A stretch of 64,000 nucleotides of DNA. Origin: Candidatus Poribacteria bacterium. GTDB taxonomy: Bacteria > Poribacteria > WGA-4E > WGA-3G. The position numbers and the translations under genes were made by a program. Where the stretch lies: the NCBI GenBank assembly GCA_963665235.2, contig CAXXLX010000001.1, forward strand, positions 2,464,001 through 2,528,000, in the 5' to 3' direction. The notes under the pieces were generated by a model. The model was not told the DNA's origin and did not search any database. It worked only from the letters and a program-made list of their open reading frames with translations. Shown piece by piece: positions 10,258 to 20,140 of the stretch; the first letter of the stretch is position 1; every line of letters begins with the position of its first letter.

Positions 10258-11034
10258 ATGAGAGGCATCCAGCTAAAGAGAGCAATTTTGGTGTGCGGAA
10301 TACTAATCTGCTTTAGTTTCATGAGCACGGTGCTAAGTTTCGCCAAACTCGATTCGGACGCAGCTTTGGGAATATGGTTTTTTAATGAAGGTAAAGACGG
10401 TACAGCAAAAGATTCCTCCAAAAATGGCAATGATGGCGAGATTGTCGATGCCCAATGGGTCGAAGGTAAATTCGGTCAGGCACTAAAGTTTGAGGGGGGT
10501 GCTCATGTTGCTGTCGGTGATTTTTCTGACTATACGGATAAAGTGTCGATTGTTGCTTTGATTAAGACTCCTGCAGCCCCCGCATGGTCTGACATCATCG
10601 TAGGGCCCTGCGGCGACGTTATCTTGACATTACAGAACAACAAATTAAATTTCGCTGGACAGTGCGCCCAACCGATTCCCCATAATACATGGTCTACAAC
10701 TTTGTTGAATGATGACAAGTGGCATTATATTGCGGGGACTTACGACGGTAAAACAGTGAAGGTCTATGTGGATGGTGAATTAGAGGCATCTAATGCTGCC
10801 GCTGGTGCATTTAAAACGGGGCCCAAGTATATCGGCTCAAGAGACGATAGGCAGGAGGCTTTCACAGGTCTCATTGATGAGCTCGCGTTTTTCAATGTCG
10901 CACTCTCGGATAATGATGTGAAGGCGATTGCAGAGAGTGGATTATCTATCGCTCTCGGTTTTGCAGCGGTTTCTCCGCAAGCAAAACTAACCACGGTTTG
11001 GGGGAAATTGAAAAGCGAAAAAGGAGCTCGCTAG
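10258..11034 (+). CDS. Secreted LamG (concanavalin A-like) domain protein
   Basis: Signal peptide; WHYIAGTYDGKTVKVYVDG; FTGLIDELAFFN; tail SPQAKLTTVWGKLK. Confidence 0.85.
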   Translation: MRGIQLKRAILVCGILICFSFMSTVLSFAKLDSDAALGIWFFNEGKDGTAKDSSKNGNDGEIVDAQWVEGKFGQALKFEGGAHVAVGDFSDYTDKVSIVALIKTPAAPAWSDIIVGPCGDVILTLQNNKLNFAGQCAQPIPHNTWSTTLLNDDKWHYIAGTYDGKTVKVYVDGELEASNAAAGAFKTGPKYIGSRDDRQEAFTGLIDELAFFNVALSDNDVKAIAESGLSIALGFAAVSPQAKLTTVWGKLKSEKGAR

Positions 11035-11046
11035 AGGCATAGGAAC

Positions 11047-12021
11047 ATGAGCATACTTGTAAACGAAAACACAAAGGTAATTGTTCAAGGTATCACCGGA
11101 CGCTCCGGACGTTTTCACACGGAACAGTGCGTCAATTACGGCACGCAAATTGTTGCCGGGGCTGTTCCCGGTAGAGGCGGCACTGATGTGAACGGCATTC
11201 CGGTGTTCGACACCGTAGCAGAGGCGGTCGCAGAAACAGGTGCAGACACATCGCTGATTTTCGTTCCTGCACGCTTTAATGCTGCGGACTCTATTATGGA
11301 AGCTGCCGATGCTGGTATTGAATTAATTGTCTGTATTTCTGAACATATCCCTGTGCTTGATATGGTGAAGGCGAAAGCGTTCCTTGATAGTACCGAGGTT
11401 ATCGTGAAACGTGTCCTTGCGAGTACGTGGCGGGAGTCGACAGCGTTACAAGGTAGTAGGTATTCTCCAGAGCCTGTACCCCCTATCGGTCGGAACAAGA
11501 CACGCTTAATCGGTCCGAACTGTCCCGGTATCATTACCCCCGGTGAGTGTAAAATCGGTGTGATGCCTGCGTTTGCGTATACCCCCGGTAATGTCGGCAT
11601 TGTCTCACGAAGCGGAACGCTAACTTATGAGGCTGCCTATCAGCTCAAACAGCTCGGCATCGGTCAATCTACTTGTGTCGGTATTGGCGGCGACCCCGTA
11701 ATCGGGACAAACTTCGTTGATATTCTGGAGCTTTTTGAGGAGGACGATGACACGCATGCCGTTGTCTTAATCGGTGAAATTGGCGGGACTGCTGAGGAAA
11801 AGGCTGCACAGTTTGTCAAGTACAAAATGACAAAACCGGTGGTCGGTTTTATCGCTGGACAGACCGCACCGCCCGGTAAACGGATGGGACACGCGGGGGC
11901 AATCATTACCGGCGGACAGGGCACAGCTGCAGATAAAATCCGCGCACTCAAGGAGGCTGGCATTGCTGTAGCGGACGACCTCACCGCCATCGGAAAAACC
12001 GTGGCAGAAGTCTTGTCCTGA
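11047..12021 (+). CDS. sucD: Succinate--CoA ligase alpha subunit with ~30-aa internal insertion
   Basis: [33 protein letters not shown] phospho-His motif. Confidence 0.96.
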   Translation: MSILVNENTKVIVQGITGRSGRFHTEQCVNYGTQIVAGAVPGRGGTDVNGIPVFDTVAEAVAETGADTSLIFVPARFNAADSIMEAADAGIELIVCISEHIPVLDMVKAKAFLDSTEVIVKRVLASTWRESTALQGSRYSPEPVPPIGRNKTRLIGPNCPGIITPGECKIGVMPAFAYTPGNVGIVSRSGTLTYEAAYQLKQLGIGQSTCVGIGGDPVIGTNFVDILELFEEDDDTHAVVLIGEIGGTAEEKAAQFVKYKMTKPVVGFIAGQTAPPGKRMGHAGAIITGGQGTAADKIRALKEAGIAVADDLTAIGKTVAEVLS

Positions 12022-12039
12022 TACCTGGGAGGGGGGCAC

Positions 12040-12654
12040 ATGGCATTTAGCGATTTTAAAGCAATCCCTGACGTTCAAGAGAGGTTTGGGATTAAACACG
12101 TTGATAATGACTTTATTGAGCTTGAGGACATTGCAGATACCCCTTCAGCACAATTTCGAGAGGAATTAGAATTTAGTCGGCAATACATTGATGTTTTTAT
12201 CTCCGAGGGGGCCCGGTGTGAAGCGATTATCTTCCCTATTTTGCGGGAGGTCTACAAAGGTTATGCTGACAAATGTGCCCTCTGGATAAAAAGACCGCTC
12301 ACCTACGACGAAACCTTGAGCGGCACGCCAGATTATTTTATCTCCACACGTTCCGACTTGGGCATGCTCGTCGTTGGGGTACCCCTGATAATGATGGTTG
12401 AGGCGAAGAAGAACGACTTTGAGCAGGGATGGGGGCAATGCCTCGCGGAATTGGTAGCCGCACAAAAAATAAGTGCCGATTCTGAGTCCCCTGTCTACGG
12501 AATTGTGAGCGATGGCACTCGGTGGCAATTCGGGTGCCTCCTCGGCGATGCCTTCACCCGAAACAGAACAAGTTTTAGCGTGGATGATTTGTCTATGCTC
12601 TTTCGCGCGATTCATGCTGTTTTCAAAGCTGCAAGCGAGGCGCCTAGGCAGTGA
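12040..12654 (+). CDS. Conserved hypothetical protein, restriction endonuclease-like fold
   Basis: LSGTPDY...MVEAKK...GQCLAELVAA...YGIVSDG..WQF pattern. Confidence 0.55.
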   Translation: MAFSDFKAIPDVQERFGIKHVDNDFIELEDIADTPSAQFREELEFSRQYIDVFISEGARCEAIIFPILREVYKGYADKCALWIKRPLTYDETLSGTPDYFISTRSDLGMLVVGVPLIMMVEAKKNDFEQGWGQCLAELVAAQKISADSESPVYGIVSDGTRWQFGCLLGDAFTRNRTSFSVDDLSMLFRAIHAVFKAASEAPRQ

Positions 12655-12669
12655 GAATATGAAATCTCT

Positions 12670-12740
12670 AGCGGGCGAGGTGACCTCGCCCCTATGATAG
12701 TTACGTTAACATGCGGCGGGCGAGGTGACCTCGCCCCTAC
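12670..12740 (-). repeat. Two tandem GTAG-type REP palindromes
   Basis: (G/A)TAGGGGCGAGGTCACCTCGCCC twice; related copies at ~19138-19162 and ~22462-22484. Confidence 0.7.
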
Positions 12741-12777
12741 GATATTACTGCGTTCCATCACCATTCGGAGACCTTCT

Positions 12778-13608
12778 GTGAAGAAAGACATCGGTTTCTT
12801 ACACGCGAAAAAACAGAAATGTGAACCTATCACCGTGCTAACCTGCTACGATTATCCCACCGCATGCATGCAGGATGAAGCTGGTATTGACATCGTTTTT
12901 GTTGGGGATAGCGTTGGGACAAATATCCTCGGTTATAAAAGCGAGATGGAGGTCACGATGGCGGATATGTTGCATCACCTCAAAGCAGTTCGCCGGGGTG
13001 TGACAAGCGCGTACCTTCTCGTTGATATGCCTTATGCCGCCGACCAGAACGGGAAGCAAGCCGTTGCAAATGCCAATCTTTTTTTAGACGCTGGGGCTGA
13101 TGGAGTTAAATTGGAGGGCGGGACAGAAAAAGTTCCCATTGTTACCGCGCTTACCGAGCAGGACATAGCGGTCTGCGCGCACATCGGACATAACCCGCAA
13201 ATCCACGGCACTAAAGCGACTACGCACGGCAAGACTTATGCGAAAGCGAAACAACTCATTGAAACCGCGTCAGCCCTTGAAGATGCGGGGGCAAAGCTCA
13301 TCGTGCTTGAGAAGATCACCGAAGAGGTGAGCCAAATCATTACCGACTCTCTATCAATTCCCACTATCGGCATTGGCGCAGGACGATTCTGTGACGGACA
13401 GGTGCTCGTTATCAACGATATACTGGGTATAGGGCCACCTTTCAAACACGCCAAACGTTATCAGGATTACAATCAACGGACCTTTGAGGCGATATGCCAA
13501 TATAAGCAGGAGGTAGAAAACGGGAGTTTTCCGACAGATGCGAACGTCGCACACATCGCCGCTGACAAGTTGGTGCGGGTTAAAAAGTGGTTGGAATCAG
13601 ATAGTTGA
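12778..13608 (+). CDS. panB: 3-methyl-2-oxobutanoate hydroxymethyltransferase
   Basis: LTCYD, VGDSVG, VDMPY, VKLEGG, IGIGAG..CDGQVLV..DILG. Confidence 0.95.
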   Translation: MKKDIGFLHAKKQKCEPITVLTCYDYPTACMQDEAGIDIVFVGDSVGTNILGYKSEMEVTMADMLHHLKAVRRGVTSAYLLVDMPYAADQNGKQAVANANLFLDAGADGVKLEGGTEKVPIVTALTEQDIAVCAHIGHNPQIHGTKATTHGKTYAKAKQLIETASALEDAGAKLIVLEKITEEVSQIITDSLSIPTIGIGAGRFCDGQVLVINDILGIGPPFKHAKRYQDYNQRTFEAICQYKQEVENGSFPTDANVAHIAADKLVRVKKWLESDS

Positions 13609-13615
13609 CATCCAT

Positions 13616-16600
13616 CTACTCGGTAATTGGCACAAAACTTGGATATTCTGGTGGAATGGAATTGTTCAACCTATCTAACATTTGGATGTAACGTTCTTTG
13701 TCGTTTGCATTCTTGCTTGCCTCAGCGATCTGTTTCCAAAAATAATCCAATGAAGAATTGGCAGATATGACACTTAAAGCATATTTGTAATTTCTTAATG
13801 CATCCTCATAGAGTTCATTCGCAATGGACGCATGTCCAAGTGTCATGACGTAGTAATAACTTGTCCCCGTATTCCCTTGTAACGCACGTTTCGCATATTT
13901 TAGTGCTGTTTCTGGAAAGAGTCCTTTTTCAAGGAGTTCTTCAGCAAACCGACGTTGGTAATGTGCCCTCTGCCCGTTGACCTCTTTCTGTCGAAGTTCC
14001 AACCACTTCGCGTTGGCAATTTCAGCTTTATCGGAATCACCCGTTTTATTGTAGAGGTCCCCTAAAATTTCGTACATGACCACACTCTCCTGCATTTTAG
14101 GTGCTATTTTTTCAAGAGTAGCAACGAGTTTGTGCGCTTGTCCTTCGTCAGCGTAAAGTTCATATATAGCCCAAATCAGTGAATTATGGGTATCTTGTCT
14201 GAAAGGTGCGTCTAATGCTCGCATATATACCGCTTCAGCATCAGCAATCAGGTTCTGTTTTATATATAAATTTGCCAATAGCATGTAGGGTGTGTCCACA
14301 TCAGGTCTAAGTTCAATCGCTTTTTCATAAGCTGCTTTTGACAATGCCAATTGTTCTGGTCCGATAGCTTTATAGACTGTTCGTGAATAAGGTTCAAGTT
14401 TTGCCTCCCCTATGAGTTTACCGTGGTGGTTAAAAGGCGAAGTATCGGAGATGCGTCCATCAGTCTCTTCGTCAAATTTCCAATAACCAATTAAACCGGG
14501 TTCATCCCCTTTGAGGTGTCTATTCATATCCGCGCGAATCTGTTGCTCAGTACGTGCAACGTTCCACAGACGCATCTCATCAATTTGTCCGACAAAAGAG
14601 GCATGCTCCCACCATTCTTCTTCATGAGAAGAGCCAATACGGAATGGAAGTGTGGTTTTACGTAGTGTCTTCGCCTGTTTAAAGTCATTTCTTCCAACTT
14701 CATAGCCGTTGATATAAAACTTCATGATGTTTTCTTTAGCATCAATGGTTCCCGCAACCTGGTACCATTTATTTTTTTCAATCGCATTTGGCGGCGACCA
14801 AATAAATTTTTGTCGTTTTCCGCCCGGGGATACATTAAAGATAAGTCTACCTTCATCAAACAACCAAAGCGTGAATTGACGATGCGAAATGTCCGGAAGC
14901 CGTTTGTCCCCTTTGAAGAACACCGCTGTATAGGTGTTTAGAAAATCTGTCGGTCTGATCCAAGCAGAAATCGTAACCTGCTCGGAGATATTATTAATGA
15001 GCTCGCTGTCCGTGATTTCCACGAAACTCCCATCTCCATCTAAGCTGAGTGCATTACTTTCAATTACTTTGTCTATCGGACGCTCCACTTTTTGAAACAG
15101 CTCACCTAACTTTAGGTACCACCGGATATTTTTAGATTGCCGGATATTTTTAGATTGCAGTTCGGTAAGTTTTTGATACTGCTTAATTGCTTGTTTAATT
15201 TGATCTGTGGCTTCATAACTTTCAGCAAGTTCCAAGATTGTGTTGGGCGCGTTAGGGTTCATCTCAACCCGTTTCAGTTGTTCCGGTATCCATTTTTCAT
15301 AGAGCTTTCCCTCTTTGGCGATTTCACGGATTGCCTTTTTTGCCCTATTTCGTGTGTCTAATCTGCTGGTTTTACTTGCCATTTCCTGATATACATCAAA
15401 AGCTTCTCCGTAACGTTTTGTTTGATGGTAGCTTTTAGCAAGTATTTCGCGCAAAGTCCCTTGAATCCCACTATCGTTATCATCTTTATCAATAGCGGAT
15501 TTGGCGAGTTCAATCGCTGGTTCGGACATCCCATTTTCAATACAGATTGTTGCGAGTCTGCCGAGAAACCACACATTATCTTTTTCGCTGTGGGATGCAA
15601 GTGCTCCTTTAGCCTGTTTGAGCATCTGTTTGGCTAGTTCAGGCTGTTTGTTTTTTTTCAATGCAGCCGCAGCATGATAGAGATAACGGACATCGTTAGA
15701 TTCTGTTTTGCCAAGGGCTTCGGACATTTCAGCAGATTTTTGATACTCCTTTTCATCCCAATAGATTTTTGCCAATATTCTGAGTGCCACCGGATTATCT
15801 CTGTTTTTTCCAAGTTTACCCTCATAATACCTTTTCAACGCTTCAAGTTTATCTTGACTTTTGAAAGCACTCATCAAAGTCAAAGTATCCCGGGCATTCT
15901 CTACATCGGACCTTGCTACAATTCCTGACGAAATAATATAGGCAGGTGCTTTATCATCTGTGTTGGAATTCACCTGCGTTTCGTAGGCATCTACGGCTGA
16001 TTCTATTTTCCCAAGTGCCACATACACCTTGAGCAATTCAGCAAAGATTCTTTCTGTCTGATAAGAATCAGTTGCCATGTCGCGTGCTCTCTTATAGGCA
16101 TCAAGTGCTCTTTCCAATTCACCGATTTTGTAAAAGTATTCGGCACGTGCTTTCTGCATCTCGAATGTGATTGTGCCATCATCTTCAGCTTTTTGTAGCT
16201 TCTCTTCCAGATTCCCATGATAGCGATAGAAACTGATCAGTTGTTGTTCAACATTCTGCCGCTCTGATGCTGATGTGGCTGATAGAATTGCCTTCTTCAA
16301 TGCGATTTCAGCAGCATCTATGTCCTCATTGAAAAAATGAAGTCTTGCAAGTTTGAGGTACGTTTGTTTATCACTGTGCCCCAATTCAATTGCTTTTTTA
16401 TAGTTGGCGATGGCTGCGGTTTCATTACCATCGGCTTCATATAGTCTTGCGAGTCGGACATAATGGACACCAACTTCCGGCTGCGTTTGAATGTATATCT
16501 GCGCGTGCTCAAGTGCCTCGTGGACTTTGCCAGCAGTTTGTAAACTGCTAACAAGCGCGTCTTGATATTCTATGTTTTCTGGGTCAGTTTCAAGCAGTTC

Positions 16601-16879
16601 ATGGTAGGTTTGTGCAGCTTTTTCGTGCTGATTTATGCGGATGTAAAGCGTTGCAAGTTGCACGCGAGATTCATCGTCTTCAGGTGCCGCTATCACAATG
16701 CGTTCGTAGATTTCTATTGCTTTTTCTATTTTGCCAAGTTTTACGAATTCTTGTGCCGCTGTGATGAATTCTTGTACCCCGCTATTTTCCGTGTCTTGTG
16801 CTTCAAGTCCTGCTATGAAAGCACCCGCTGTGATTAACATGAGCACGCCTAAGAAGAGAGACAATTTTGAGTGTGCCAT
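13616..16879 (-). CDS. Secreted TPR-repeat protein with embedded LamG domain
   Basis: Signal peptide; many A...Y.KA TPR units; internal WYQVAGT and FVGQIDEMRLWN. Confidence 0.85.
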   Translation of the reverse strand: MAHSKLSLFLGVLMLITAGAFIAGLEAQDTENSGVQEFITAAQEFVKLGKIEKAIEIYERIVIAAPEDDESRVQLATLYIRINQHEKAAQTYHELLETDPENIEYQDALVSSLQTAGKVHEALEHAQIYIQTQPEVGVHYVRLARLYEADGNETAAIANYKKAIELGHSDKQTYLKLARLHFFNEDIDAAEIALKKAILSATSASERQNVEQQLISFYRYHGNLEEKLQKAEDDGTITFEMQKARAEYFYKIGELERALDAYKRARDMATDSYQTERIFAELLKVYVALGKIESAVDAYETQVNSNTDDKAPAYIISSGIVARSDVENARDTLTLMSAFKSQDKLEALKRYYEGKLGKNRDNPVALRILAKIYWDEKEYQKSAEMSEALGKTESNDVRYLYHAAAALKKNKQPELAKQMLKQAKGALASHSEKDNVWFLGRLATICIENGMSEPAIELAKSAIDKDDNDSGIQGTLREILAKSYHQTKRYGEAFDVYQEMASKTSRLDTRNRAKKAIREIAKEGKLYEKWIPEQLKRVEMNPNAPNTILELAESYEATDQIKQAIKQYQKLTELQSKNIRQSKNIRWYLKLGELFQKVERPIDKVIESNALSLDGDGSFVEITDSELINNISEQVTISAWIRPTDFLNTYTAVFFKGDKRLPDISHRQFTLWLFDEGRLIFNVSPGGKRQKFIWSPPNAIEKNKWYQVAGTIDAKENIMKFYINGYEVGRNDFKQAKTLRKTTLPFRIGSSHEEEWWEHASFVGQIDEMRLWNVARTEQQIRADMNRHLKGDEPGLIGYWKFDEETDGRISDTSPFNHHGKLIGEAKLEPYSRTVYKAIGPEQLALSKAAYEKAIELRPDVDTPYMLLANLYIKQNLIADAEAVYMRALDAPFRQDTHNSLIWAIYELYADEGQAHKLVATLEKIAPKMQESVVMYEILGDLYNKTGDSDKAEIANAKWLELRQKEVNGQRAHYQRRFAEELLEKGLFPETALKYAKRALQGNTGTSYYYVMTLGHASIANELYEDALRNYKYALSVISANSSLDYFWKQIAEASKNANDKERYIQMLDRLNNSIPPEYPSFVPITE

Positions 16880-16892
16880 TGAGATATATTCC

Positions 16893-18950
16893 CTATTCCG
16901 GTATTTTGTTCATGGAAGAGATTTTATCCCAGTCCCACAAAAGTACAGTTCCATCTTTAGAACTACTTGCAAGCGTTTTGCCATCGTGAGAAAATCGGAG
17001 CGTTTCGATTTCATCTGAATGCCCGGGATAAGTAGCCAACCGCTCTGCTTTTTCCAGATGCCATAATTCAACTGCATAAATAGTATCATTTCTGTTCATT
17101 ACTAGTCTGTTCCCAGTAATGCCAACAAGGAGGGTTTTACTATCTGGGGAGAATGTTAAGGTATTCACCTTTGCCCACTTGAGTTGAATCAGATGCTCAG
17201 TAAGAATTGTACTGGGTTTTCGCCCGGTGTTAAGATTCCATAAATGGATTTCGGTGTGAGTGCCGATAGCAAGAATAGTGTTATCAGGTGAAAATGCCAA
17301 GCTCTGGGCACTTCCGATAGCAAGTGTCGCAAGTTTTTGACCTGTGTTTGCATTCCACACAAGGGTTTCGTTGAAATTTCCGCCTGTAGCTAGGAGCATA
17401 CTATCTGGTGAAAATGCTAACATCCTGTCACGAACCTTGGGAAAGCTCACGGTTTCACGTCCAGTACTCACCTCCCATAAACGTATTCCGCTAAAGGCTG
17501 TAGTTGTGGCGATTAGTCTGTTATTGGGAGTGAATGTTAGTGTATCCGGTCTAAATTTTACTTGGAGCGTGTCGATTTCGACTCTAGTGTTCAGATTCCA
17601 TAACCGAATTATATTAACATTTCCCCATCCGGCGGTGCGTCTCTCAACATGGTATCCGTTTCGTGCAGATACAATTGCAGCATGGGTTGGACTCATGTTA
17701 ACAAAGAGGGAGGCATCTGATGAAAGAGCCATTGCTTGGGTCAGCGCGATAGGTGCTACAGTAAATGAATTTAGTTTATCTCCAGTGTTGATATCCCATG
17801 TTTGGATTTTTCCATTAAAGGTCGCGGTGACACATAACTTGTTGTCCGGTGAGAACGCAACTGCCCGTGTGTCCATTATGTGTTCTGTAGCAATAATAGA
17901 CAATTCTTTACCTGTGTTTACGTTCCATAAGCGGATGGTACCATCTAGACTACCGCTTGCAAGTGTTTTCCCATCGGGTGCAAAGACGAGTGTATTGATA
18001 GTATGCGTATGCGCTTTAAGTGTAGTACGGAGTTGTCCTGTATGAGCATCCCACAAATGTATTGTTTTATCAATGTCACCACTTGCAAGGGTAGAATTAT
18101 CTTCAGTAAACGCTATGGCAGTAATCCATCCATTGTGTCCTTTGAGCGTAGCCCGTTCGGTGTGTGTGGCAGTATCCCACAATCGTACTATCCGCTTTCC
18201 ACCGCCAGTAGCAACGGTTTTGCCATCAGCTGAAAACGTCAGGGTCATAATTCCATGGCTGGCTCTGCGTTTCTCTTTATTTGCTTGCTTTAAAAATTGA
18301 AGAACAGATTTCGTTTTCCGAGTGAGAAAACCTTCTTGTTCGAGGGACTTTAGCGGCAATAAAGTAATTTTTCCATCTCGAGTAACACCAGCAAAGGTAC
18401 TATTATCTCTAGCACAAGCCAATGGACCGCCTACACCAGTACTTTCCTTTTGCAAAAGTCTTCTTCCGGTAGCAATCTCCCAGCGTATAAGGGTGTTTTC
18501 TTCAAGCCAATTGGCATGCAAGCCGATGAGGTTTTTCCCATCCTTTGAGAAGGTAAGGGCTACACCATCAATATTGGGATGAGAACGGAGAGTTTGAATG
18601 TTTTTACCTGTTTCCAGGTCCCACAACAGAATGACTGGACTGGAACACCCACTACTTGCAAGAATACGGCGGTCAGGGGAGAGCACTATATTGTCAACGC
18701 CACCGGGATGTGGCGTGAGTATATTCTTCACGTCTCCGGTGTTAACATCGTAAATCCAAACACCGATATCGGTACCTACGGCAAGCTGAGTCCCATCGGC
18801 CAAAAACTGCATTGTGGTAATTTTACCTTTACCGATGCGAGCTATGGCTCCGTTGGGTAAGTTAATTTGTGATTCCTGCTGCGCGTAGATAGGTGGCAGC
18901 AGCATCGAAACAGATAGGAACACAATACAAAACATTCGTTTTATCGCCAT
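16893..18950 (-). CDS. Secreted WD40-repeat beta-propeller protein
   Basis: Signal peptide; repeated GH...FSPDG..LASGS.DGTIRLW units. Confidence 0.9.
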   Translation of the reverse strand: MAIKRMFCIVFLSVSMLLPPIYAQQESQINLPNGAIARIGKGKITTMQFLADGTQLAVGTDIGVWIYDVNTGDVKNILTPHPGGVDNIVLSPDRRILASSGCSSPVILLWDLETGKNIQTLRSHPNIDGVALTFSKDGKNLIGLHANWLEENTLIRWEIATGRRLLQKESTGVGGPLACARDNSTFAGVTRDGKITLLPLKSLEQEGFLTRKTKSVLQFLKQANKEKRRASHGIMTLTFSADGKTVATGGGKRIVRLWDTATHTERATLKGHNGWITAIAFTEDNSTLASGDIDKTIHLWDAHTGQLRTTLKAHTHTINTLVFAPDGKTLASGSLDGTIRLWNVNTGKELSIIATEHIMDTRAVAFSPDNKLCVTATFNGKIQTWDINTGDKLNSFTVAPIALTQAMALSSDASLFVNMSPTHAAIVSARNGYHVERRTAGWGNVNIIRLWNLNTRVEIDTLQVKFRPDTLTFTPNNRLIATTTAFSGIRLWEVSTGRETVSFPKVRDRMLAFSPDSMLLATGGNFNETLVWNANTGQKLATLAIGSAQSLAFSPDNTILAIGTHTEIHLWNLNTGRKPSTILTEHLIQLKWAKVNTLTFSPDSKTLLVGITGNRLVMNRNDTIYAVELWHLEKAERLATYPGHSDEIETLRFSHDGKTLASSSKDGTVLLWDWDKISSMNKIPE

Positions 18951-19291
18951 TTGTTAGTTCTCCACAAGGTTGTAGGGGTTGGACATCTTCTTGTATGCTA
19001 ATTTTCGCAGCGTATTCAGGGAAAAGGATTTCGTAGCGTTTCAGTTAACTCCAAATCTCTATTGGCTCCCTATCAATATAGGACGGACGCAGCGCGTTGA
19101 TGAGTCGATAGGATAATAGGATTTAGAGGGAGACCTAGCGGGCGAGGGGACCTCGCCCCTACAATGCGGTTTCTGATGTTCAGTATATCATTAATCTTCG
19201 AGGAATGTCAAATTTTTTATGAAAAAATGCTGATTTTTACGGAATTCCGCCGCGCCAATGCGTAAACTTGTTTATGGGATTTTTCGACAGG

Positions 19292-20044
19292 TTATATGTC
19301 CAACGGCACCACGTCGGCATATACATAGGTGGGTGCGGATTCGGTGTGAATTTGATCATCGCTATCTTCGGAGGCCGACACAATAGCTCTTTGCACGATT
19401 CTGCCCGGTTTCGCGGCAATAGGCGAATGAAACATCGGGCCAGCAATGACACATGTATGGAACTCGCCATTTTCCCCAAGCGGGTCTACGCCATCGGGCA
19501 AATCGGCGATGAGGTCCGTATCAAACCAGCGTCCTGCTAAATCAGCGGGAACTTTGGTGGGATTGAGAGCGGTGACAATTGCACGCAAGCCGGATGCAAT
19601 CATCGTTTGCGCGAGCTGCGTTGTGTCCTCTCCCCAGACCGGAAAAATAGGTGTGAAGCCGGTGCCGCGCAGCTTCTCCTCTCGGTATTCACGGATGTCC
19701 TCAAGAAACAGATCACCGAATGCAAAATGGGAGGCGGTCATATCCGCTGGCAACGTTGCCACTTCTGCAAGAAACGCGCGCATCGCGGCTTCGTATATCT
19801 CATTAGAGCACGGGTACGGAATCGGTATCTGGTACAACGGCACACCGAGCTTTTCCGCTTGCTGTTTCAGCACCCAGCCGGGGGTGGAATGGATAGAAAC
19901 CCGGTCAAACGTCTCCGTGACGGTGGTAAAAATGCCGCGCACGTCGTATCGTTCCGGTTGTTGACGCAGTGTGTGAAGTGTCCACGCTGAATCTTTGCCT
20001 GAAGACCAGGAGACCAGAACTGGGGTGGGTGTTATGTTGTTCAT
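19292..20044 (-). CDS. Adenine nucleotide alpha-hydrolase, diphthamide-synthase-like PP-loop ATPase
   Basis: SWSSGKDS PP-loop, FGDLFLED, GENGEFHT. Confidence 0.85.
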   Translation of the reverse strand: MNNITPTPVLVSWSSGKDSAWTLHTLRQQPERYDVRGIFTTVTETFDRVSIHSTPGWVLKQQAEKLGVPLYQIPIPYPCSNEIYEAAMRAFLAEVATLPADMTASHFAFGDLFLEDIREYREEKLRGTGFTPIFPVWGEDTTQLAQTMIASGLRAIVTALNPTKVPADLAGRWFDTDLIADLPDGVDPLGENGEFHTCVIAGPMFHSPIAAKPGRIVQRAIVSASEDSDDQIHTESAPTYVYADVVPLDI

Positions 20045-20140
20045 CTCTTTTGCCGTGTTAGTACCATTGAGGTTTTACCGTGCATCAACTGCTCCGCGCG
20101 GACAACCTCAATGATACACTAAGGATAAAAGCAGAAAATC

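Noticed and set aside
19048-19130. Riboswitch or ncRNA in a long imperfect hairpin upstream of the WD40 gene
   Set aside because: No recognisable family motif; adjacent to a REP, so probably a repeat remnant.
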